Shown piece after piece: positions 7,978 to 16,780 of a stretch of 32,000 nt of DNA; position 1 is the stretch's first letter, and the number at the start of each line of letters is the position of its first letter. The notes under the pieces were generated by a model, which saw only the letters and a list, made by a program, of their open reading frames with translations, was not told the origin of the DNA and did not search any database. This DNA comes from Crocosphaera subtropica ATCC 51142 (GTDB taxonomy: Bacteria; Cyanobacteriota; Cyanobacteriia; Cyanobacteriales; Microcystaceae): positions 4,170,001 to 4,202,000 of the forward strand of contig NC_010546.1 in the NCBI RefSeq assembly GCF_000017845.1. The letters run 5' to 3'. The translations under genes and the position numbers were made by a program.

Positions 7978-10062
7978 TTAGCTTCTTATAGCATCAATAA
8001 GTTCGTCAGCAGTGGGGTTAAAGTTAGGCTTAGGAATGTTAATATTTTCAGCCCAAAGATAATAAACTTTTTCTAAAGCTTCTTCATGAACACTCCAGGA
8101 TCTTGTTTGTTTTTTAGTGTTAACCTGAACTAATAACCATTTTTGTTCTGGAGACTCTCGAGGTTCAATGGCAAAAATAAAACAAAGTTCTTGATTATAC
8201 GCTTCATAATAAGATAACTTATACAGTGATCCTTGCCATCCACGTTCTCCCATTGTTGCTAATTGAATGGCTTGTTCTTCTAGTTCATTTTTAGGGATAA
8301 AAATATAAGTTTGTGGGGTAGTTTGATCAGAATAAACTGGAGGACACCAACCAAATTTATCTAGCATAAAATCTAACAGTTGATCAAATGCTTCTATATC
8401 ATTTGTCATCAAAGCAACATCCCCATCTTGATCAGGTTGTGTTCTTACCCATTTGATTTGTTCTTTAAACTTATGGTTTGCAGCAACGGCAAAAGCATTA
8501 TCAGTCACTAATTCATAATCAACCCCAATATAGCCTTTTTCTACAAGTTCTTCAATGGTTTTATCCGAAGGAAAAGGATGATTAATTGAGTAATCATAAT
8601 CAGCAAATGACACTGTTTGAGCAGTTTGATTAGTAGTATTGCCGCTCTGATTCATTAATTCTTTAGCACGAGGAATGATCTCTTTTTTCTTACTGGAAAT
8701 ACCTTTTATGGTATTAATAGGAAATACTGTTTCTTCTCCATTGTCTAAAATTAAAGAAAAACGCAGATTCTCTTCATCATTAAAATATAATTTGATCAGA
8801 GTTTTGTTTTCATCTCCATCAATATTGATACCACAATACTCTACAGTATCCTTCATTTGTAAACGATTACTATCTAAATCATTACGTTTAAATAATCGTT
8901 TCAGGGCATTAAATCCATTAATTTCCATCTGAGTTGTGATAATTTCTTCAAAATGAGAAGGAACTGACTGCATTTCAGAAGGAGCTTGCTCAAACTCTTC
9001 TATTTGGATATTTGTAGGTTTCTTAGAGTTAGTATTTGAGTTTTTAGATTGACTTAATTCTTGTTTTAAGCTTTCAATTTCATTCTGTAAAGCTTTTAGT
9101 TTTTCTTGGTTTTCTTCCTCTGCTAATGCAATTCCGTGAGCTACATAATCAAGACTATAAATATGTAAAAGCGTTTCTCTCATTTCTTCGGCTGACTCAA
9201 AACGATTTTGTGGTAAAACCGCTACTGCTTTTTTTAGCCACTTAAATAAAGGAGGTGCAATTATTTCTTCAACTTCTGTTAAGTCTAATTCGTAATTTTC
9301 CGTGATGTCAAATTGATGAGGCGGAACTCCTGTTATTAATACTAAAAGTGTCATTCCTACTGCATATAAATCACTTTGAAAGAATGTTTTACCCATTTGC
9401 TGTTCAATGGGACAATATCCAGGAGTACCAATAACTGTTCCTGTTTTTCCTAAACCAGAAACTTCTACATCTTTGATGATTCCGAAGTCAATTAAAACTG
9501 GTTTACCATCTCCTTGACGTAAAATAATGTTATCAGGTTTAATATCTCGATGAATAATGTTTTGTTGATGAACTGTTTCTAAAACCTCTAGTAAAGATAA
9601 CATTAGTTCAATAGCTTTTTTATCAGCCATAACATATCCTTCTTTCAATAATGCCAAGAGTTGATCTTTTAAACTATTACCCTGAATAAATTCTTGAATT
9701 AAATAAAAATTTCCTTCAAAATCAAAAAAATCAATTAAAGAAGGGATTTGCCCGTGAGAAACTCCTAATTTTTGTAGAACTTGTGCTTCTTTTTTAAATC
9801 TCTCTAATAAGTCTAAATTATGGTCATGATCATCTCCTAATTTTTGCAATTTAGCGACATAAATAACTGGAACGGCTGTCATTAAACTTTTAACTAGAAA
9901 GGTTGCACCGAAACCCCCTTCTCCTAAAACTTTCGTCACTTCATATTTATTAGCTAAACAATAACCGGGTTGAATATCTTTGACCTTTTTTCTACCGTGA
10001 TTATTTTGGTTATCTTCTGAAAATAAATCAAAAATTTTATTTAACATGGTTGGGTTCCTCAT
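7978..10062 (-). CDS. Hanks-type Ser/Thr protein kinase fused to a coiled-coil linker and an unassigned roughly 330-aa C-terminal domain
   Basis: Kinase motifs are all present: G-loop LGEGGFGATF, VAK lysine, catalytic HRDIKPDNIIL, DFG (LIDFGI) and GTPGYCPIEQ. Residues around 310-345 are heptad-like (KLKALQNEIESLKQELSQ). I cannot assign residues around 370-694 to any family. An alternative start is the ATG at 10047, preceded by GAGGAA. Confidence 0.85.
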   Translation of the reverse strand: MRNPTMLNKIFDLFSEDNQNNHGRKKVKDIQPGYCLANKYEVTKVLGEGGFGATFLVKSLMTAVPVIYVAKLQKLGDDHDHNLDLLERFKKEAQVLQKLGVSHGQIPSLIDFFDFEGNFYLIQEFIQGNSLKDQLLALLKEGYVMADKKAIELMLSLLEVLETVHQQNIIHRDIKPDNIILRQGDGKPVLIDFGIIKDVEVSGLGKTGTVIGTPGYCPIEQQMGKTFFQSDLYAVGMTLLVLITGVPPHQFDITENYELDLTEVEEIIAPPLFKWLKKAVAVLPQNRFESAEEMRETLLHIYSLDYVAHGIALAEEENQEKLKALQNEIESLKQELSQSKNSNTNSKKPTNIQIEEFEQAPSEMQSVPSHFEEIITTQMEINGFNALKRLFKRNDLDSNRLQMKDTVEYCGINIDGDENKTLIKLYFNDEENLRFSLILDNGEETVFPINTIKGISSKKKEIIPRAKELMNQSGNTTNQTAQTVSFADYDYSINHPFPSDKTIEELVEKGYIGVDYELVTDNAFAVAANHKFKEQIKWVRTQPDQDGDVALMTNDIEAFDQLLDFMLDKFGWCPPVYSDQTTPQTYIFIPKNELEEQAIQLATMGERGWQGSLYKLSYYEAYNQELCFIFAIEPRESPEQKWLLVQVNTKKQTRSWSVHEEALEKVYYLWAENINIPKPNFNPTADELIDAIRS

Positions 10063-10095
10063 TATGACGGTTAACTGGACATTTTCCTAATGATC

Positions 10096-10105
10096 AGTAT
10101 TCCCA
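10096..10105 (-). promoter_or_regulatory. TGGGAATACT motif upstream of the kinase gene
   Basis: The minus strand reads TGGGAATACT. There are 33 nt between the motif and the ATG at 10062. The identical 10-mer occurs upstream of comM and GmrSD-2, and a 1-mismatch copy lies upstream of GmrSD-1. Confidence 0.4.
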
Positions 10106-10156
10106 AAACTCAGCTAACCATAACAACTTAATGAACAAAAATAATAGCGATCGCTA

Positions 10157-10186
10157 ATTTTTCCTCAATTTCTGGGAATACTAAAT
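10157..10186 (+). promoter_or_regulatory. 30-nt element containing TGGGAATACT upstream of comM
   Basis: The sequence is ATTTTTCCTCAATTTCTGGGAATACTAAAT. The core 10-mer lies at 10173-10182, 35 nt before the ATG at 10218. It is 24/30 identical to 11760-11789. Confidence 0.4.
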
Positions 10187-10217
10187 AAAACAAACAATAA
10201 AGTCATAGGAAATCATA

Positions 10218-11747
10218 ATGTTAGCCAGGGTTTGGTGCGCTTCATTAGTGGGTATTGATGCGGTAAAAGTTGGGGTAGAAGTAGATGTTGCCGGGGGACT
10301 TCCTGCTATCACAATTGTGGGACTACCAGACACTGCTGTACAAGAATCCAGGGAAAGAGTGAAAGCAGCTATTAAGAATTCAGGGTTTGCCTTTCCCGTG
10401 CGAAAAATAATTATTAACTTAGCCCCGGCTGACTTACGCAAAGATGGCCCTTCTTTTGACTTACCCATCAGTGTGGGTATATTAACGGCCTCAGAGCAAG
10501 TTGATGCCCATTTATTGGGGGATTATTTGTTTTTAGGAGAACTCTCCCTTGATGGCAGTTTGCGCCCCGTGGCCGGCGTTTTACCCATCGCTGCTAAAGC
10601 GCAACAGTTAAGGATCAAAGGGTTAGTGGTGCCGGCGGATAACGCCCAAGAAGCAGCCGTCGTCAAAGGTTTAGCGGTTTATGGGTTCAAACACCTCTCA
10701 GATGTAGCTGACTTCCTCTGTCAACCCGAAAACTATCAACCTGTCACCTATCAACCCCCGAAAAAGGATGATTTAAGCCCTATTTTTCCCCTGGATCTCA
10801 AAGACGTTAAAGGCCAAACCCACGCCCGTCGCGCCTTAGAAATAGCGGCATCGGGGGGACATAATTTAATTTTAGTTGGGCCACCCGGAAGCGGAAAAAC
10901 CATGTTAGCTAAGCGTTTACCTGGTATTTTACCGCCGTTATCCTTTTCTGAGGCGTTAGAAGTCTCTCAGATCCACTCTGTAGCTGGTTTACTGAAAAAT
11001 AGAGGCTCTTTGATCCAGGATCGCCCCTTTCGTAGTCCCCATCATTCTGCGTCGGGTCCGAGTTTAGTGGGGGGTGGAAGTTACCCGAAACCGGGAGAAA
11101 TTTCCTTATCTCATCACGGTATCTTATTTTTAGACGAATTAACGGAGTTTAAGCGTAATGTGCTGGAGTTTCTTCGTCAACCCTTAGAAGATGGTTATGT
11201 TTCAATATCCCGAACTCGTCAGTCGGTGACATTCCCTGCACAGTTTACCCTGGTCGCAAGCACAAACCCTTGTCCCTGTGGGTATTTCGGCGATCCCATC
11301 CAACGCTGTACTTGTTCCCCCCGTCAACGGGAACAATATTGGGCGAAGTTATCGGGTCCGTTGATGGATAGAATTGATTTACAAGTGGCTGTAAACCGCC
11401 TAAAACCCGAAGAAATGACGCAACAAGTGACAGGGGAGGGATCGGATAGTATTAGAGAGAGGGTGAAATTAGCCCGCGATCGCGCTCACCATCGCTTTAA
11501 GGAAGATGCTTCAGTATCTTGTAACGCACAGATGCAGACATCCCATTTACGGCGTTTTTGTGCGTTGGATGATGGTAGTCGTAACTTATTAGAAGGGGCG
11601 ATCCGTAAGTTAGGGTTATCTGCAAGGGCGATGGATCGAGTGTTAAAAGTATCTCGTACTATTGCGGATCTTGCTGATGATGACACAGTTAAAAGTTATC
11701 ATGTTGCTGAGGCAATACAATATCGAACCATTGATAGAATGCAGTAG
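10218..11747 (+). CDS. comM: YifB/ComM family Mg-chelatase-like AAA+ ATPase
   Basis: The N-terminal Lon-protease-like domain is GVEVDVAGGLPAITIVGLPD...ESRERVKAAI. Also present are Walker A GPPGSGKTM, Walker B ILFLDEL and the Cys cluster NPCPCGYFGDP..RCTC. The 509-aa length is typical. Confidence 0.9.
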   Translation: MLARVWCASLVGIDAVKVGVEVDVAGGLPAITIVGLPDTAVQESRERVKAAIKNSGFAFPVRKIIINLAPADLRKDGPSFDLPISVGILTASEQVDAHLLGDYLFLGELSLDGSLRPVAGVLPIAAKAQQLRIKGLVVPADNAQEAAVVKGLAVYGFKHLSDVADFLCQPENYQPVTYQPPKKDDLSPIFPLDLKDVKGQTHARRALEIAASGGHNLILVGPPGSGKTMLAKRLPGILPPLSFSEALEVSQIHSVAGLLKNRGSLIQDRPFRSPHHSASGPSLVGGGSYPKPGEISLSHHGILFLDELTEFKRNVLEFLRQPLEDGYVSISRTRQSVTFPAQFTLVASTNPCPCGYFGDPIQRCTCSPRQREQYWAKLSGPLMDRIDLQVAVNRLKPEEMTQQVTGEGSDSIRERVKLARDRAHHRFKEDASVSCNAQMQTSHLRRFCALDDGSRNLLEGAIRKLGLSARAMDRVLKVSRTIADLADDDTVKSYHVAEAIQYRTIDRMQ

Positions 11748-11759
11748 GATTTTTTTGTT

Positions 11760-11789
11760 ATTTTTCTGTAATTTCTGGGAATCCTAATA
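11760..11789 (+). promoter_or_regulatory. 30-nt element containing TGGGAATCCT upstream of GmrSD-1
   Basis: The sequence is ATTTTTCTGTAATTTCTGGGAATCCTAATA. The core lies at 11776-11785, 17 nt before the ATG at 11803 (32 nt before the alternative ATG at 11818). It forms a direct repeat with 10157-10186. Confidence 0.4.
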
Positions 11790-11802
11790 CAAGTTAGGTC
11801 AA

Positions 11803-13497
11803 ATGAATAGTAACAAAATGAAAGCTTCTGAAACCAGTATTCGTAATCTTTTAGAAGGTACAAAACAGTTCCAAGTTCCTCTTTTTCAAAGACCCTATTC
11901 TTGGAAAAAAAGCCACTGGGATACTCTTTGGGATGATTTAATGAGTATATATAATGAAGAAGTTGAAGGCAGTTACTTTTTAGGTCCAATAGTTACACAG
12001 TCAATATCTGCAACGGCTGACGGAATTTCACCATTTCTTATCATTGATGGTCAACAGCGTTTGACTACTTTAAGTATTTTATTAGCAAGTTTACGAGATA
12101 AATTAAAAAATGCAAATAAGAAGAGAGTTTCAGATGAGTTACACGAATTTTATTTAATTAATAAGTTTAAAGACAATGAAGATTATTTTAAAGTCTTACC
12201 AACTCAAGCTGATCGGGACTCTTATAAAGCACTTATTGATAGAGAAAATAGCTTAAGTCATCTCAACTTGAATGGTCAAATAACTAAAGCTCATGAATAT
12301 TTTATTAAAAAATTAAATAACCAAGGAATTGATTTTTGCGACAAAATCAAAAATATTATTCTTGAAAAATTAATTGTTGTTAATATTACATCGGGCGAGG
12401 ATGATAATCCTTATTTAATTTTTGAGAGTTTGAATAATAAAGGACAAGAATTGACTCAAGCTGATTTAGTTCGTAATTATATATTTATGAAGCTACCTCT
12501 TGAAAGTAGAGAAAAAGAATATAATTGTTTATGGTTACCTCTTGAAAATAAATTTAAAGAACAAGTGGGTGAAAAATATTCTGGAGAATTGACCAATTCC
12601 TTTTGGTTTTATTTAAGAAAAGAGGGAAAATCCGTTTCTAAAAATAATATTTATCAATCATTTAAGAAAAAATGTGATAACTCTTCAGATGGGTTACAAG
12701 AAGAATTAGAATTATTAGTGAAATTTTCTCAGTATTATGAATGTTTAAACTTTCCTGAAACAGAAGAATCTAATTCTATGCTAAAAAACTATTTTAATAA
12801 CTTAAAGAAATTAGATTTCACCACATCACACATTTTTCTATTAAATATATATAATGATTATCAAAATAGTCAAATTTCAAAAGATGACTTTGAGAAAATA
12901 TTAATTTATCTCGAATCCTATTTTGTTCGTCGTTTATTTTCAGGAGTATCTACAAGGGTATTAGGTGGAATTCTCAATAATTTATATAAGGATATACAAA
13001 AAGAAAATACTGGTGATATTGTCCAAAGATTATATGAAATCCTAAATCGATTTGAAAACCAAAAAAGATGGCCAACGGATGAAGAGTTTAAACAGGGAAT
13101 TATAAATCATAATATTTATAGTCAAAAAACAGCAGGACGAACTCAATTTATTCTAGAAAGATTAGAAAAAAGTCAAGGTAAAGAAACTGTTGATTTTTCA
13201 AACTTGACTGTTGAACATATTATGCCTCAAACGCTTAGTAATCAATGGAAAAAAACATTAGGTGAGAAAAATGCAAAGAATTATAAGACGTGGCTTCATA
13301 CATTGGGAAATTTAACACTAACTGCTTATAACCCAGAATTATCTAATAAACCCTATTTTGATAAACAAAAATATTTAATAGACAGTAACTTATATCTTAA
13401 TCGGTATTTTCGTGATATTAATGACTGGAATTTTGATGAGATTAAAGAAAGGGGAAACCGCTTAGCTGATATCGCTATCAAAGTCTGGCCTAGATAA
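11803..13497 (+). CDS. GmrSD-family type IV (modification-dependent) restriction endonuclease candidate: DUF262 plus DUF1524
   Basis: N-terminal DUF262 (ParB/Srx-like) motifs are FQVPLFQRPYSW and IIDGQQRLTTLSILL. The C-terminal DUF1524 His-Me finger-like block is TVEHIMPQ...WLHTLGNLTLTAYNPELSNKPY. Confidence 0.85.
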   Translation: MNSNKMKASETSIRNLLEGTKQFQVPLFQRPYSWKKSHWDTLWDDLMSIYNEEVEGSYFLGPIVTQSISATADGISPFLIIDGQQRLTTLSILLASLRDKLKNANKKRVSDELHEFYLINKFKDNEDYFKVLPTQADRDSYKALIDRENSLSHLNLNGQITKAHEYFIKKLNNQGIDFCDKIKNIILEKLIVVNITSGEDDNPYLIFESLNNKGQELTQADLVRNYIFMKLPLESREKEYNCLWLPLENKFKEQVGEKYSGELTNSFWFYLRKEGKSVSKNNIYQSFKKKCDNSSDGLQEELELLVKFSQYYECLNFPETEESNSMLKNYFNNLKKLDFTTSHIFLLNIYNDYQNSQISKDDFEKILIYLESYFVRRLFSGVSTRVLGGILNNLYKDIQKENTGDIVQRLYEILNRFENQKRWPTDEEFKQGIINHNIYSQKTAGRTQFILERLEKSQGKETVDFSNLTVEHIMPQTLSNQWKKTLGEKNAKNYKTWLHTLGNLTLTAYNPELSNKPYFDKQKYLIDSNLYLNRYFRDINDWNFDEIKERGNRLADIAIKVWPR

Positions 13498-13559
13498 CAA
13501 TTATTTTGATAAAGTATCGGGAGTAAAAACGGTTTGTCCTATCAAATAAATAGATTTTC

Positions 13560-14921
13560 TTACAAAGTAAATTGAAAATCATTAACGATCATTCCTGGGG
13601 TCAAAATACCCCCTAAACTTCTTTGTCCATAAGTACCTGTTCTCGGAATAAACTCTCTAAAATTAGTTAAAGTAACTAAATTTTCTCTCCAAAAACGATA
13701 TAAACTTTCATCAAATCTTAAGTTTTCAATGGGGGCAATAATTTCGCCATTTTCTACCCAGAAACAAGCATAACGAGTCATTCCTGTTATTCTTCCTCCT
13801 GTGCGATCGCTCCAGTTTAAATAGTGTAAATTAGAGACATATAACCCTGTATTTAAAGTCGATAAAATCTCCTCTTGAGATAAATTCCCTGGTAATAATT
13901 CAGGCGATCGCAAACTCTCATAATTATTAGCACCATTTGCAGTTAAATTATATTCTGATGCAGTGCGAGAACTAATTAAAGTATTAACTAAATTTCCTTC
14001 GGTGATAATGGGTAAAATTTCGGGAGCAATTTCTCCTAATTCATTAAACCTAGGGACGCTACCTTTACTAAAGTTTTCTTGCAAGGAAAATTGAGGAGAT
14101 AATGTTTTTCCTTGTTGCAATTTTAATAAAGAACTATCTCCCCGTCTCAAAGAAGATTGACTAATACCACCCCAAGATAACATACTAATCAAATCAGCAA
14201 CGGCAGCAGGGGCGAAATAAGTACGATATCCTCCAGGTTTAATGGTTTTTGATGGTTTCTCTAAAGCAATAAATTGCGCTTTATCGGTTTTAATTTGCTC
14301 TAAATACTTATTATGATCCCAATTTTGTCCTGAAAATATACCTTTAACTGCTTTGTCTTCTGGCGTAATTAAAGAATAATCAACGATGTAATTTTCAGTC
14401 GCAAACCAATGAAATTGACCAGCAGAATTACTATTTCCTCGAATCATAGAACCTGCGGTATATAGTCCCGTCATATCTAATTCAGAAACAGGAGAAATAA
14501 TCTCATTCACTGCTTTTTCTGTCGATAATAAGTTTCCTGGATAAACTTCTTTTGTTGTTCCGTTATTTTCAGGGAGAACAATATGAGGATCTTCTGGTAA
14601 TTGGGGTAATTCTTGACGTAAATAGTTCAAATTTTCTACTGCAATTTGACTATCACCTGACTCATCTCCTGTAAAAGAAAATGTAGCAAAAGCTATTCTT
14701 TGATTAGCCATTAAGGTGAGTTTAATAGTCCCATCTTTAACTATGCCAGTTTGTCTTACTTTTGCACTATTAAACCGAATAAATTGAGTTTGTTCTCCAC
14801 TTAATTCGATAGTTAAATATTCTTCACTTTGTAATTTATCAATGAGAAGATGACACAGTTGTTGAAAGCTAGATTCTAAATGGTCTAATTTTTGATTATT
14901 CATCAGAGAAAAAATAAGCAA
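13560..14921 (-). CDS. pmbA: TldD/PmbA family protein, PmbA/TldE-like (no HExxxH motif seen)
   Basis: The C-terminal family block is GGRITGMTRYACFWVENGEIIAPIENLRFDES and the size is about 450 aa. I see no HExxxH metal site, which argues for the TldE/PmbA partner rather than TldD. It contains two HIP1 sites (13803, 13904). An alternative start is at 14903. Confidence 0.8.
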   Translation of the reverse strand: MLIFSLMNNQKLDHLESSFQQLCHLLIDKLQSEEYLTIELSGEQTQFIRFNSAKVRQTGIVKDGTIKLTLMANQRIAFATFSFTGDESGDSQIAVENLNYLRQELPQLPEDPHIVLPENNGTTKEVYPGNLLSTEKAVNEIISPVSELDMTGLYTAGSMIRGNSNSAGQFHWFATENYIVDYSLITPEDKAVKGIFSGQNWDHNKYLEQIKTDKAQFIALEKPSKTIKPGGYRTYFAPAAVADLISMLSWGGISQSSLRRGDSSLLKLQQGKTLSPQFSLQENFSKGSVPRFNELGEIAPEILPIITEGNLVNTLISSRTASEYNLTANGANNYESLRSPELLPGNLSQEEILSTLNTGLYVSNLHYLNWSDRTGGRITGMTRYACFWVENGEIIAPIENLRFDESLYRFWRENLVTLTNFREFIPRTGTYGQRSLGGILTPGMIVNDFQFTL

Positions 14922-15042
14922 ATCTAATGGATGAAGACAGTTAATTGCTTGGGGATAATGACCTAAAGTAGCAATACTTTTCTTGAATCATTAAATTGTA
15001 ACTTATTTTCTTCTCTGTGTGCTAGTCTATCTTACTCTTTTA

Positions 15043-16740
15043 TTAAGTGGATAGGTTTAACTTCCATAAATTTTGCAATTCTGCCAGTAAATACCGTTGT
15101 CGTTGTTCAATAATTTCTGGTGTCCATTCTTCTTCTTTCATTGCTTGGATAGTTAAAGCAAAGATAGCGGTAGGATTATTAATGTATTTATCTTTTTTTA
15201 CTTTATATTCATAATTTTTTGCTTCACTATTTTTTTTATGAGAAAGTAAAACTAAATTACCGAGACGATGAACATATTTGTCTTTTTGTTCTTGAGAAGT
15301 AAACCATTCGTTCCACTGACTATCTAATGGAGGATTTTGAGGTAAAATGTGTTCAATGGTAATCACTTTATAACCATCATAGTTAGGAATTCCATCACTC
15401 ATTAAACTATCAAGACGAAGTAAAACATACAGGTTTACTTTTCTCATTTCGTAAAGATTTCTATCTAATAATTTAATGATTTCTTCTTGTTCTGAAGACG
15501 ATAGTTGTAAAGGAGAATCTACTGCATATAAATCTGCATCATCTTCTATCGCTTGTAAAATATCTGCATAGTGTTTATTTCTTTGATAAATAGTCGTTCT
15601 GAGAATCATTAAGCCGACAGCAAATCGCTCTAAATAGGTTAAAAAAGCTAGTATCTTTTCAGGCTTATTTTTATGTTTTTTAATATACAAAATAGTGGGA
15701 GGTATCCACTCAAAATGATCAATACGCTGTAACCATTTCAAGAGTTCATTAATTTCTTTAGCACCGTGATCATGGATAAAATCACATTTTTTTATGTCAT
15801 CAAAAGCCTCACTAAAAGCTTGTAATACATTATCAATAAAATCACGAGGATTATGCTTAATTAAAACATACTCACGAAATTCCTCAATCACTTTACGACT
15901 TAGTCTCTTCTTTGCGTAAATCATGCGTATATGAGAGAATAATTCTTGAAAATTCTCTCGACCTAATTTTACTTCTATGTCTTCCCATTTCTTGGTATAT
16001 TTTTTTTCTAGAGATTCATTATCTGAAATTTTACCGATCAAATCTGCTTTTAAAATATCAGTAACCGATAAATCTAAGCCTCGATCATTTAAGACTGAGA
16101 AAATACGATAAGCTGATTCAAAATCAGGAGTAGAAACAGCTACTAAATAACATCGCTGTAAGAGGAATTTTGTTAAATGTTGTTTTTGAGAGTCTTCGGG
16201 TAATTTTTCACTTATTCTTTTAAGTAAAATCCGAGTATTGTTAACAATATTTTTTTGAGGATCAGAAAGATTTTGAACTGTTATAGTTTCGATATCTTTT
16301 AATCCTTCTGAAGTTTGAATATATTTTTCAAAAAATTCTTTATCCCGTTCCCTTAAATATAATCGAGGACGGGCAGGAATTCCTGAAAGTCTCCTTTCTG
16401 CCTGATAGATAAAATACCCTAATTCATTATCATTTATCAACTTCCTTAAGACAGATAAAAGAATTGTCAAAGTGGTTAATCTTTGTTGTCCATCGACAAC
16501 CTCTGAGTCTGGTTTTCCTTCAGGTTTTATAAGGACAATATTTCCTAAAAAATAAGGTGCTATATGTTCAATATTTACAGAATTATCACCCATAGCATCA
16601 ATCAGATCATCTAATAATCTTTCCGTTTCCTCTGTCGTCCAAGCATAAGGACGTTGATAGTTAGGAATATTAAAAGAAAATTGATCACTAAAAATCTCTT
16701 TAATGGGATATCCTGCACCGTCAATTTTAATTGCTGTCAT
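15043..16740 (-). CDS. Second, divergent GmrSD-family type IV restriction endonuclease candidate (DUF262 plus DUF1524)
   Basis: DUF262 motifs are FNIPNYQRPYAW and VVDGQQRLTTLTILL. The DUF1524 block is TIEHILPQN...YVHRLGNLVLLSHKKNSEAKNYEY. At 565 aa it is close to the 564 aa of the first copy, but by eye they share only motif-level identity. Confidence 0.85.
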   Translation of the reverse strand: MTAIKIDGAGYPIKEIFSDQFSFNIPNYQRPYAWTTEETERLLDDLIDAMGDNSVNIEHIAPYFLGNIVLIKPEGKPDSEVVDGQQRLTTLTILLSVLRKLINDNELGYFIYQAERRLSGIPARPRLYLRERDKEFFEKYIQTSEGLKDIETITVQNLSDPQKNIVNNTRILLKRISEKLPEDSQKQHLTKFLLQRCYLVAVSTPDFESAYRIFSVLNDRGLDLSVTDILKADLIGKISDNESLEKKYTKKWEDIEVKLGRENFQELFSHIRMIYAKKRLSRKVIEEFREYVLIKHNPRDFIDNVLQAFSEAFDDIKKCDFIHDHGAKEINELLKWLQRIDHFEWIPPTILYIKKHKNKPEKILAFLTYLERFAVGLMILRTTIYQRNKHYADILQAIEDDADLYAVDSPLQLSSSEQEEIIKLLDRNLYEMRKVNLYVLLRLDSLMSDGIPNYDGYKVITIEHILPQNPPLDSQWNEWFTSQEQKDKYVHRLGNLVLLSHKKNSEAKNYEYKVKKDKYINNPTAIFALTIQAMKEEEWTPEIIEQRQRYLLAELQNLWKLNLST

Positions 16741-16780
16741 GGTGTTTCCTTGAAAAATTTTTCTTCATCTGCTAACTGAT

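Noticed and set aside
8675-8932. An 85-aa plus-strand ORF antisense to the kinase gene.
   Set aside because: It is a shadow ORF in very AT-rich DNA. It has no ribosome-binding site and no recognisable motif.
10181-11989. Minus-strand ORFs at 10181-10468, 11486-11686 and 11699-11989.
   Set aside because: The first two are antisense to comM. The third spans the comM/GmrSD-1 junction, antisense to both genes, and would bury the conserved 30-nt upstream element. None has a recognisable motif.
13560-14921. pmbA as a functional member of the putative kinase/GmrSD system.
   Set aside because: It carries two HIP1 sites, lacks the shared upstream 10-mer and belongs to a broadly conserved housekeeping family. 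It is more likely a native gene next to which the DUF262 genes were inserted.
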